From positions 1 through 33,320 of the forward strand of contig JAPEUD010000121.1 of the NCBI GenBank assembly GCA_026026165.1: DNA of 33,320 bases, written 5' to 3'. Under the pieces are notes generated by a model. It was not told where the DNA came from. It did not search any database and worked only from the letters and a program-made list of their open reading frames with translations. Origin of the DNA: Sarea resinae (lineage: Eukaryota). Shown here one piece after another: positions 23,321 through 33,320 of the stretch (position 1 is the first letter of the stretch; the number at the start of each line of letters is the position of its first letter). Made by a program: the position numbers and the translations under genes.

Positions 23321-24469
23321 ATGCCTTTTAGCTTTGACGACATGGCTACCAAAGTTGAAGCTACATTATCGTCTTCTCAGAATGGCGGCTCTATCAACGA
23401 CCTGGACGCATATGCAAAAGTCAAGAGGGCTGAAGTTCGGGAAGAGAATTCCAGACAGGAGGAAGATCTCGGCCGCATCTTGCATCGGACGAAGGAGCAG
23501 CTACAGAGATGGGCTTTCGGGATAATTAGGCTCTACGAGGCTGAGGAAGATGATGTAACCAGCCAGGAAGAGGGCATAAAGACGCACGAAGAGAAACCGA
23601 TGCATGCGGATCTCACGGCCGACATATCGTCTATGAAAACTGAGCTCCTGACACTGCAGAAAGGACTGTACTTACGTGTTCACAGCCAAAAGGCATTCAT
23701 CCTACGCCTCGAGTCCCGCCTCGACTGCTTAGCTGGGCGAGTGGACTTGCTGACCACTAGCCTTGGCACAGTGGACGATCACACACAATACATCGCATAC
23801 TCGTTCAAACGCATTGACGAATTGGAAGCCCGAATGGAAGCTACCGCCAGCAAAATTGCTGATAAAATAAACAAGTGCATCGCCGCTCTCACTGAAAACG
23901 TGGGCACCATCAAACAATTGGCCAAGCGGGTCGAGAAACAGGAGGGCATTGCTGCTATGCACGCTAACACGATCGAGGATAATGGCACTTATATCGGCCA
24001 TCAGCATAATGCTATTGATGCTATCTACGAAAAGATAGGTCACAATGGCCGCGACATTGCTGGCAACAAGGACGCTATCGGCAAATTGACTGATTACCTC
24101 AATGGACTGGTCACTCGTCTTAATAGCCACAACACTCGTACTCACCCAGCAGCGAGCGTACCGAGTGCAAACATCGAGGGCGTTCAAACTGAGGCTGAGA
24201 TTGACCACTCCCCCTCAATCGTCGACTGTACTGCTGCCAAGGACGTAAAGAGTGCTCCTCTAAACGAGTCTGCTTTTACTGCGCAGGCCGACAAAGCAGC
24301 TATCGAGCGTCTGAATGAGCGAGTCTCTGATTTAGCCACGTGCGCAGCGAAATTGGATACTCGTGTCACCTGGTTTGCTAGGGCCCTTAATGAGCATGAG
24401 TTTGATGATATTTTCATTAGCCCTGATTCTCCGAGCTCTTGTTCTGAGCAATACGATATCTCTAGCTGA
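23321..24469 (+). CDS. Intronless coiled-coil hypothetical protein, 382 aa
   Basis: Long uninterrupted ORF preceded by a pyrimidine-rich promoter-like tract; extended heptad periodicity. Confidence 0.8.
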   Translation: MPFSFDDMATKVEATLSSSQNGGSINDLDAYAKVKRAEVREENSRQEEDLGRILHRTKEQLQRWAFGIIRLYEAEEDDVTSQEEGIKTHEEKPMHADLTADISSMKTELLTLQKGLYLRVHSQKAFILRLESRLDCLAGRVDLLTTSLGTVDDHTQYIAYSFKRIDELEARMEATASKIADKINKCIAALTENVGTIKQLAKRVEKQEGIAAMHANTIEDNGTYIGHQHNAIDAIYEKIGHNGRDIAGNKDAIGKLTDYLNGLVTRLNSHNTRTHPAASVPSANIEGVQTEAEIDHSPSIVDCTAAKDVKSAPLNESAFTAQADKAAIERLNERVSDLATCAAKLDTRVTWFARALNEHEFDDIFISPDSPSSCSEQYDISS

Positions 24470-25515
24470 TGGCCCAAGGGACAGGGGAGGGAAGGGGAAA
24501 AGGTTGATAGCGATAGAGAGAGGATCCAGCTAGGAGTTTTGCACGTTTGATCAATCAATCATTCAGCATTCTTTACATGCACTGCCATCTTTATCGATGT
24601 TTAGCTCTCAGAAGTATGGATGTATGTGTATGGGTGAAATGCATGCAAAATCGAGCGCCGCGGCCGTAACATGTCGAAAGTGAGTGTGTCCCCGTATCCA
24701 TCTCTCAATACAGTCTATACTAATTCTCTTTCTGGCTTGCATTTTCCTTCTGTCACCCCTGATCAGGACCACGCTCTGATTTTTCTGTTTCGTTGCCTTG
24801 CGTCTGACATTTTAGAGACAAGAAGCTCGCTAGGGGGATGACTGACTTGGAAATTTTAATATTAAGTCACCCCAGACGAAAGAGGGGACATGAGAAGGGA
24901 GATAGGAAAGCGATCAGCTTCCAGTAAAACGTCAGTCATGACCCCGCTGACAGTCCGTCTTATCTATGTTCCGTGCTTAAGCCAGATCGTGAATCAACCC
25001 TAGTCACCGAAAGGAGACATGCCATTCCTCAGGGGAGTGAACAACGAAGTCACCCCCCGCCATGGCCAGCTGCCTGTCCGCTCTCTGGAAACATGACACT
25101 GACTATTTTCTTTCCTCTTCTATTCGTCTTTCTTTTTCCTCACCTACTCTGCGTTTCGTCGCATCCCGAAGACATCTGATCCAGGCGGCGTCTCTCCAAC
25201 ACGGTACCTGTCTCTCTACTTGTCGTCTGCTTTCTCCAAAGCCTTCTGCTAGAAAGAGATGCTAGTCGAGAGTGAATAGGCCCAACTTGCTCTTCACCTC
25301 TACTTCTGCCTTCTCGCGCGTCTATAAGCACCGCGTACCACACTCCGCGCTCCGATACTTCACCGACACACCTCAGACCTCACATCTCACACCTCAGGCC
25401 CCATACCTCAAAGCTCAGATCTTCCTAACCAACCTACTTCTCACCCTCACCCTCATACTCGACTTCATCCTCGCACTCTCTCACCCACCACAAGCCAAGC
25501 AACAACCAAGCCAAG

Positions 25516-27294
25516 ATGTCTCATCGCGGCCCCTATCCCCAGCACCACCGCAGCGACACTCCCACCCCCGCCCGCACCTTTGCCAAGCAATCCAGCAACC
25601 GCAGCATCCTAGACAGCCCCGCGTCTCTAGCCATCATCACAACGCCGCACGAGTCCGGCGCCGCTCTTTCGGGCCGCCACTGTCATGACGGTCGTGCCGG
25701 TCTCGCGAGTGGCGGTTCTGGAAAGGGGACGTTTTACTGTAGCGAGCATGAAGACGAGGATGAGCTTGATGATGATCATGAAGAGGAAGTCGGTTATTGT
25801 GGAGGATATAATACTCACCACCGGCACGACGGAACGCTTCATCGACAAGACGGACTTCTTCACGAACAAGACACCACTCACGCCGGCCAAGGCATCTCCG
25901 CCAGGAGCAGCTTCGCCGCCATACTCCCGCTCCGTCTCACCAAGACCAACAAACCCGCCAACCAAACGCCCCTTTCCACGATCCCGACCCCAGCAACACC
26001 GACACCACCTCACACCGCAAGCCACATCTCCGACAAAACCACCAAGCCCCTTCCCCTTCCCCTACCGCTCCAGCCCCCGCCCCCACCACCACCACCCTCC
26101 CTCACCATCCTCCCACCCCCACGCCTCCCCTCGCGCATCGACGCCCTGACCCTCCGCGCCACCCTTCACGCCCGCCGTCTCCACGACCAAGACACGCTCC
26201 TCGCGAGCCTCGAGGCCCGCGTCGCTACGCTGGAGACCTGTACTCGTGACGTCGTGGCGGCGGTGAATAGGAATGCGCTGGTGGTACGGGGGTTGATTGC
26301 GGATCTTGGTGGTGGTGGTTCTGGTAATGGTGGTGGTGAAGGCGGGGTTGGTGAGAGGGTCGTCACGCATGCGGTTGGGCTTGGGGAGGGGGAGGGGGAG
26401 ATTGCTGCTGCTGCTGCTGCTGCGGGGTCGGAGATGCACGAGACAGGCAGTGCCGCAAGCGCATCAGCCAACATCATCGACGACAATGACAAGAACTCCA
26501 ATGACCAAAACGTCACCACCATCGACATTGACAAAGACAAGACCACCACCACCGCCCACGCCGCCCGCCTCGCCCGCCATGAATCCAACATCCAGCAGCT
26601 CTTCCTCGGCCTCGACGAATGCATGACCGCCGGGCTCGCGCACGCCACGACGGCCGACATCGAACGTCTGGAATCCCGCCTCGAGCGTCTGCAAGCCTCC
26701 ACCCGGCGTCGCCACGCCCAGTTGGAGCGCATCCAAGCCGATACGGAGCGCGTCCAAGCCGACATCCAGCGCCACCAGGCTGACACCGAGAATCTCCGCG
26801 CAGCCACCGAACGCAACCAGGCCGCCATCCAGCGCAACCACACCGCCCTCGCCGCCCTCACGACCGCCCAGGCCCACACAAACGCGCAGCGCTCCCAGGG
26901 CACGCCCACGCCCACGCCCACGCCCAACCATCTCCAACCAACCCAAACAACAATAACGCAACAACACAGCGAACGGCTCGATCGGCTGGAGGCGGTCGTG
27001 CCGAGGCTGGACGCGCTACAGACGCAGGTGCTGGCGGGGATGCGGAGGGCGGAGGGGCCGCGGGCGGAGAGGCTGAGGGCGGAGGTGTTGAGGGCGGAGA
27101 GGCTGAGGGCGGAGGTGTTGAGGGCGGGGATGGAGGAGCGGAGGGCGAGGGCGGGGGCGGGGATCGGGGCGCTGCAGACGCGCGTCGAGAGGCTGGATCG
27201 CGAGATGGAGCGCGTGCTCAATGGCGCGGCGTGCTGTTGCTGTTATGGGAAGGAAGAGCTGGAGGAGGTTGATGTCACGGGTGGTGGGGGTTGA
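25516..27294 (+). CDS. Intronless low-complexity/coiled-coil hypothetical protein, 592 aa
   Basis: 1779-nt ORF with CAAGATG start context; coiled-coil blocks separated by Pro-, Gly-, Ala- and Thr-rich linkers. Confidence 0.72.
   Translation: MSHRGPYPQHHRSDTPTPARTFAKQSSNRSILDSPASLAIITTPHESGAALSGRHCHDGRAGLASGGSGKGTFYCSEHEDEDELDDDHEEEVGYCGGYNTHHRHDGTLHRQDGLLHEQDTTHAGQGISARSSFAAILPLRLTKTNKPANQTPLSTIPTPATPTPPHTASHISDKTTKPLPLPLPLQPPPPPPPPSLTILPPPRLPSRIDALTLRATLHARRLHDQDTLLASLEARVATLETCTRDVVAAVNRNALVVRGLIADLGGGGSGNGGGEGGVGERVVTHAVGLGEGEGEIAAAAAAAGSEMHETGSAASASANIIDDNDKNSNDQNVTTIDIDKDKTTTTAHAARLARHESNIQQLFLGLDECMTAGLAHATTADIERLESRLERLQASTRRRHAQLERIQADTERVQADIQRHQADTENLRAATERNQAAIQRNHTALAALTTAQAHTNAQRSQGTPTPTPTPNHLQPTQTTITQQHSERLDRLEAVVPRLDALQTQVLAGMRRAEGPRAERLRAEVLRAERLRAEVLRAGMEERRARAGAGIGALQTRVERLDREMERVLNGAACCCCYGKEELEEVDVTGGGG
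27046..27135 (+). repeat. 15-bp-unit coding minisatellite (AGGGCGGAG core; near-perfect 2 x 30 bp at 27061-27120)
   Basis: Encodes RAEGP-RAERL-RAEVL-RAERL-RAEVL-RAGME. Confidence 0.9.
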
Positions 27295-27479
27295 GGTTGA
27301 GGTTGAGGTTGAGGTTGAGGTGAGGAGGTGGGGGAGGGGAGAGGGAGGTGGGGGAGGGGAGACCGAACGAGTTATGGAATACAGATGAGAGACTGAGTAC
27401 CCACGGACAAGCGGGCAAGACGTTTATCGGACGGAAGTTAGGGGTGGCGTAGGACCAGGTTTCATGGCGAGAAAGGATC

Positions 27480-28430
27480 AAGTGAGGATTCAGAGAAAGA
27501 GAGGATAAGTAGGTAGGTGGCGGGATAGTGGCACGACAGCTAAGGACCAGGTGCTAAGAGAGAGGAGAGAGTAAGGTGTTAGCTTAGCGATTGTATTCAG
27601 CAGGACGGGTTAGGGCTAGGTAAGGGGATAGTAGTAAGCAGAAGCAGCATAAATTAGAAAGGAATAAATAGGAGAAGAGCAGAAGCAGAAGCAGAATTAG
27701 AAAAGAATATACCTAAGAACTAAGACCTAGAACCCTAGCCTACTCTACTCTCCTTACCTTTTCTCTTCTCTTCTCCTCTCTTGTAGATACTTATACTACC
27801 TTATACACTAGACTACACCACTCTACTCTACCTATAAGGAGAAGAAGAAGAAAGTAAAGGGTAAAGAGCAGGAGTAGAGACTTAGAAGATATATAGGACT
27901 ATAAACACAAATACAAACACAAATACAAATACACATACAAAGGTAAAGCGTAACTACAAAGGCAGTCAAGTAAGGTAAGTAGAAACATCTATACTAAAGT
28001 ATACTAAGTCAAACTTCTAAGGCCTAGCTAGAGTCTAAACATTTGTACAGGGAGGACATAGTACTTACATATATTTGTTGTATAATTAAAGTACCCTAAG
28101 TATTAAAAGTATCTGTCTAAATATCTAACCTACTAATTCATCAATTAATTACTTGATCAAATCAATCTGTCGAGATATTAGAAGATAGAACAGATCTAGT
28201 AGTATATAAGTGTATGGACATTATAGGCGACCCAGCATTAGGACGGCAGATATAGCATGGTATAGTATGGTATAGTATCATTTCGTATGGTATAGCATGG
28301 TATAGTGGTATAAAACGCATCGTACAATAATTCATCCATCTAACGCATCGCATCGCATCATCTCATCTCATCTGATCTCATCTCACTCGTCTCTCTCGTC
28401 TCTCGTCTCACTCGTCTCATCTCGTCAACA
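27480..28430. repeat. AT-rich RIP-like segment with degraded simple repeats
   Basis: TpA-rich, CpG-poor sequence with (GCAGAA)n, (TACAAA)n, (TATAGCATGG)n and (CATCT)n tracts; no ORF. Boundaries are approximate. Confidence 0.7.
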
Positions 28431-29250
28431 CAACCACCACGACCACAAATCAATGCCATCACCTATATCATTGCCGCTGCGATTGCAATCGCAATTGCCG
28501 TCATGCCCATCAGACCCATTCCCCTGTCATGTCCCGCCAACGTGGTCTGCGTTGCCATTCATCATCGCCGTCGTCGTCTCGTCATCTCGTTGTCTTCGTG
28601 TTCTCTTTCTCCCTCTCTGTAGTCGAGGCCTGGGACCCCCGAGAACCCCCTATTCACGTCCTCTTCATCTATGACGTGCATGTCCAAGAACGCTTAGCCT
28701 CCTTCCCTTAGGCATGCCAGGTCAGATCTTCGCCGTCGGTGCCATCGTCAGAGATGGGGATAGCGCGCCTGGCGAGACGCGATCCCTCTATCCCTCCGTT
28801 TCCTTCTCTTGCCATGTCACGGACCTAGATCCGTGCGGCATACCTCTAAACATGCATCACCTCCTTTTCAGACAGAAAAGGATGGGCAGATGTCTTGTAT
28901 TAGAGCTTGAGAAGTCTGGACCGGAGCTGGACGGGCGTAGGGATCTGCAGCGACGTTACAGCTTCTGTGTGAATCTGACGGCTTTGCATGGCTCAATATC
29001 CTGACAAGGGTCTCTGGTCGAGCATGTCCGAGTTTAGGATCCGAGCTCTCCAGTGAGCGACAGAAGCATCACTGGCCAGTGCCGAGCCTGTCTCAACCTG
29101 AATTCCAAAGCTCCAGTGAGCGATAGTAGAGCCGTTGACCAGTATCCACATCGGTGGACTCGGCACAAGGAAGATGAATCTTCATCCCTTCCATGCTATT
29201 CTTCACCCGAGGGCATCCTTTTCACCTGGTGATAACCCGAAACCTCAGGC

Positions 29251-31065
29251 TCATCTCACAAACCTCCGCATCTGCATCGTCGACTCTGTCGATCCCGACG
29301 ACTTGGACCACCTCGTCGACCCCGTCGCAGAAGAATACATCGACTCCCTTCCACTCTCGCTGCCTAGTCCACTGTCGTGATTGCATCCCGTGCAATCCTG
29401 GCAGTGCGGTCGCAAAATCTGACACTGATTCATCAAGATGTCGTACAGCGACTCTTGCACTTGGCGGGCCGTCGGTCGTTGGTCGGGCGAGCGGGAGATC
29501 ATCCACCGGACCAGCCGCAGGATATGCGGGACGCCGCTCATCAGGACGTCGTCTTTCTTCAGCGCGTCGCGCTCGAGATTGTCGATCCAGGTGTCGATCT
29601 GGCCCAGGTTGGCATGGAACGAGGAGTCGGCCGGGGCCCCGCCTCGACCGGCGGATTCGTTCTTGGCGGAGCGATGAGAAGAAAAGCTCGAGGCCTTGCG
29701 TTTGAGGAGGCAGGAGAGGATGTCGAGGAAGACGCAGCCGAGAGAAAAGACGTCGGACTTTTGCGGCGCCACGGTTTGGTTGTGCCAGGTAGTCACTTTG
29801 GCGGTGAGACTGGACGAAGAATGGTAGCTGGCGGTTTTGCTGGAATAGCTGAACGGGCTTGGCAATGAGTCGGAGAGACCGCCAAAGTCGCCAAAGCTAT
29901 CGTGCTTTGTGGGACTGCTTGTGGGACTGCCGCCCGAAATCTTCCGTACGTGGCTTCTCGCGGAGACTTGCTTGATTGGAAGCGCATCGAATTCTGCCGT
30001 GACGCGGAGCCATTTCTCGGGCGCGCCGTACTCGTAACTTTCCGTCTCATTCGGTTTCTTGTCGGTCTGCAGGCTCGAAAGGGCGGTGATGCCGCCAAGG
30101 ACGATGTTGTTGGTCGAGTCGACCATGATGTTCGAGGGCCGAAGGTCGCCGTGACAGTAGCCCTTTCGGTGCAGGAATTTCAGACTACTTGAGAGGCAAT
30201 GGAGCCAGTTCAGCAAGAGCTGGCGACGGTCCGTCTTGCTGAGGTTCTTGAATTGCTGGGTCTGGGTCTGGAGGAAGCTCTTCAGTGTGACCTCGGTCGT
30301 AAAGTCCATCAGGAGATATCCAGATCCGGCAAACGTATAGGAGCCCCATATAGGCGTGATGTGGTCGTGCTCAATCGCCTTGAGCGCTTCCAAGTCCGCC
30401 ACAAAGCGCTGCTCCGGATGTTCCCCGTTGGATTCGTCAAAGTCGATGCGCCTTCGTAAGAAAGACTTGTTCCCGCATCCACTGATGCAGACCTTCTCGG
30501 ATCCGTGATAGATCACGCTCGCCAGACGCTTGTGCACAGGCTCTGCCGGTACAATCTCATCCGGACCATACGTGATGTGCTGGCCTTGCTTGAGATATCG
30601 AAGTAGATAGGCATATTGCCGTTTGTGAAACTTGCGATCGAGGGCCTCGTTCCCGTCATACGAGAGCTTGAGCCGCTCCACGTCTTCCAGCGCGATAGGC
30701 AGGTCCGCGTCGTCCCACGAGTCATCCACCACGCCAAAGATCTGGTCGGGCACGCCGATGTCGAGGAGGATCAGAAACAAGCGCTTGGCTCGGGTCAGGA
30801 TCCATTCGATGTAAGTATCATCGGTCAAGCCATCGCCAAAGGCCAGCGCCTTGTCCAGGAGCTCCCTCTCGTCGCTTCGCAACTTGGAAGCGACATAGTC
30901 GCGGGTCACGGTCGCTTCGATACGTTCGTTATCCCACCACATGGTCGACGCGGCGCCTTGGGAGGGGACAGAGCCGGGAGCAGAATAGCGATACATGAGC
31001 GCATCGAGGGCGACGGCGTTGGCAGGTTTGGAATACGTTCGAGGAAACATCAGGGCAGCGGCCAT
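29251..31065 (-). CDS. Protein kinase-like protein (probable pseudokinase) with an N-terminal helical extension
   Basis: Single ORF 31233-29251; likely start ATG 31065 (GCCATGG) or 30942 (ACCATG, MWWDNERI). Kinase motifs: IEHDHITPIWGSY, YLLMDF, CHGDLRPSNI, YEYGAPEKW, KSDVFSLGCVF, WMISRSPDQRPTA. Confidence 0.9.
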   Translation of the reverse strand: MAAALMFPRTYSKPANAVALDALMYRYSAPGSVPSQGAASTMWWDNERIEATVTRDYVASKLRSDERELLDKALAFGDGLTDDTYIEWILTRAKRLFLILLDIGVPDQIFGVVDDSWDDADLPIALEDVERLKLSYDGNEALDRKFHKRQYAYLLRYLKQGQHITYGPDEIVPAEPVHKRLASVIYHGSEKVCISGCGNKSFLRRRIDFDESNGEHPEQRFVADLEALKAIEHDHITPIWGSYTFAGSGYLLMDFTTEVTLKSFLQTQTQQFKNLSKTDRRQLLLNWLHCLSSSLKFLHRKGYCHGDLRPSNIMVDSTNNIVLGGITALSSLQTDKKPNETESYEYGAPEKWLRVTAEFDALPIKQVSARSHVRKISGGSPTSSPTKHDSFGDFGGLSDSLPSPFSYSSKTASYHSSSSLTAKVTTWHNQTVAPQKSDVFSLGCVFLDILSCLLKRKASSFSSHRSAKNESAGRGGAPADSSFHANLGQIDTWIDNLERDALKKDDVLMSGVPHILRLVRWMISRSPDQRPTARQVQESLYDILMNQCQILRPHCQDCTGCNHDSGLGSESGRESMYSSATGSTRWSKSSGSTESTMQMRRFVR

Positions 31066-33320
31066 GGCAGTCGGCAGCCGGCGGCCAACGGGGTCGAAAT
31101 CACGCGCAGCCGAAGTGATCGGCCAACCAATCACTAGAGCAGTCGGGAGGCGATTGGGCGCGAAAGCGTGGGATTTGGGCTTATCGCGGATAGACGACGA
31201 TGACACAGCAGCAGTAAATTGGTATGGCCCCACGGTGCCGCAGGCAGGACAGTAGGCGCGACGGTCATGTCTCTGCGATGGTTGAATGGAGGGGTATTGG
31301 GGGGGGGATGGGGGATGGTTGGAAGTGGGTTTCCCTCTGCGTGCGCGAGCTGCGACGCTCGATATCTTTATGAAGTTTCCATCCAGTCTTCCTTAGCCCT
31401 CCCTCGAGTGCTCCATTGGAACGGCGCAGGTGGGGAGGTCCAAGGTCAGTGGTAGTACTCCGTAGGCAGGTGTCTGTCTTCAGCCACTATCCTCGGCGCA
31501 GTGAGGGAGCACACGATCAACGGTCGAATAAGGCAGCAGCCGACCGAGGGCGTCCCCGTCCCAGGGACTCTGTCGGTCCCATCATCACCAACGGGGCCAA
31601 TGAACGGAGAACGTCGTCGTTACAGATAGCATCATCAAACGCTTTGAGACGCTTAACGTTGGAGATGGCGCCATGGCCGACGGTGTGATACTACGGGCTG
31701 CTATTGCTGGGTAAGGTTGGCGGGTTGATCGGGTTGGTGGTGGTGGTGGTGGTACCTTGGGGTTGGTAAAGTCCCTCGGTCGGGATCACGAAATCTCCAG
31801 ACCAGGACGAGCGAGGGATAGTGGGAGGATGCATTCTCTGCATTCGCTGCATCTCTGCATTCTCGCGCACACTGCACACACTGCACACACTGCAAGCACA
31901 CAACCACAACCAGCCGCTAAGCCACGAGCACGCTACGGCGCTGCACCGAAGGACCGAAGGGGCTTCCATGTGAAGATGGAAGGAAGAAGCAAGAAGGACG
32001 AAGGAAGATCCCATCCTGCCCATCATTATTGCAGCTGCACTTCCTTCTTCCTGCGCCAAGAAGTGGGGGTCGATGGCTTCCTTTCTTTTCTCGTTTCTTC
32101 TTCCTCTCCTTGCTTCTTCCTTTTGTCCTCACTGGGTCTTGCCAGGTCGAGCAAAGAGCGTAAAGTGATGATGATGAACGGATTGGGCAGATCCTAGCTG
32201 ACGTTAGGGTGGAATCCTCGGGGGGGCCATCTTACCTTAATGATTGCTAGGTACTCAGTAGTACGGTCCTGGACATACTGTAGTATGGATCATTGGACCC
32301 ATGATGGATCCAATCCCACTTGATAAGGGACTCTGTTCCGACCTCGCCCTCCCTGCTCCTGCACCTTTACCCCCCAACCCACCCCAGTCTAGTACTTCGT
32401 AGTAATACTCGCAGCATGATTGCGATCAGCGCGTGGTCTTCCACCATTCTCATCCAAAGACCCAACGCAGCCCTGGCAAGGCCTCTTAGTCGAAGCTTAC
32501 TCCAGTACTATGTAGTACTCCGAGTACCGAGTAGTTCCCCTTCGTCTTCGCGTTCTCGCCTTACTGGCAGTAGTCGGAAACCCTCAACTCGACCGACCGA
32601 CCGAGGGACCCTCATCGCCAGTCCCGATCGAGTCACGAAGATTGCTTTGGCGCTGCTCGATGGGGATTGATCTTCCAGGGAGCTGCCGCATCGGTATTAT
32701 CATCAAGTAAATGATCGCTCGACGATCCAACGCGATTGATCTGGTGCCGTCATCCATCGAGTCCTACTCAGGATGATACCATTCGGGGTCCATTATTGTT
32801 CTCGTTGGCCCACGGGAAATCTTCCGTCCATGAGTGCCCCAGCAAGAGGCACGATCGTGAGCAGTTACCGAGCAGTGATAGCTCGTCGCGACTTGGAAGC
32901 AGTGCCATCGAATCCCCGTGCCGTCGAGACGTTCCCGTCAAGCCTCGACGATGAGACAGGCAACGTGGATCTCTAGTCTACCTAGGTCGCAAGGGAACCA
33001 TGGCGGGGATTCACCGCGGGGACTACTGGATAGGTAAGGTCGATAAGTAGGTAGGTAGGTGTACTTCATATATTATGGCACTGTAGTATTCCGTGGTGGT
33101 GGTATGGCCCGCCGTGAGAGGTACCAAGTGCCTACTGAATCAAGGTAGACGCCGCAGCGCCATGTGGGTTTCGGTATCGCCATGGCTGCGAGATGGACGG
33201 GTTCGTCTTCAATCGACGCGCTGAGAACGCGGGCCATGCAGCTGGCGGGCTGGACCAGCACACGTCCAATCAATCAGTAAGTGGGTCCGCGAACCCCACG
33301 CGCGACACGGCATCTATCTC

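Noticed and set aside
24832..24946. Short inverted repeats (ATGACTGAC/GTCAGTCAT)
   Set aside because: Only 9 bp with no TSD; not enough for an element call.
26166..27221. 351-aa antisense ORF and other long shadow ORFs (e.g. 8511..9152 N-terminal part, 17550..18293)
   Set aside because: Antisense or alternative frames of GC-rich real genes.
1..33320. Starship captain, PKS/NRPS core gene, tRNA/rRNA, telomere
   Set aside because: No such motifs seen in the window.

Overview
Genomic DNA of a filamentous ascomycete (Pezizomycotina-like: about 50-nt GT-AG introns with CTAAC/CTRAY branch points, and AT-rich, TpA-rich islands typical of RIP). Nine protein genes were reconstructed by hand: a 5-exon DHA2-type MFS efflux pump (-) transcribed divergently, across about 208 bp, from a 4-exon C2HC+Zn2Cys6 transcription factor (+); a 5-exon GPI-anchored GH72 glucanosyltransferase (-); a small 2-exon coiled-coil orphan (+); a 670-aa 2-exon protein of unknown function (+); Sds3 (+); two adjacent intronless coiled-coil orphans (+); and a probable pseudokinase (-). 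The MFS/TF pair lies between two RIP-degraded blocks, each associated with one copy of the same ~115-bp TG...CA solo-LTR-like element with its own 5-bp target-site duplication. The most notable observations are: (i) three CCG-containing 14-bp repeats in the bidirectional promoter that resemble a RIP-degraded 14-bp array on the other side of the pump; (ii) a 6-nt GTGCAG remnant in the TF zinc finger that looks like a collapsed intron; (iii) RIP-like mutation at CpG as well as CpA; (iv) two tandem orphans with trimer-specifying coiled-coil motifs; (v) a kinase with substitutions at several catalytic positions. No clearly novel multi-gene system is proven; all calls were made by eye, without database searches.
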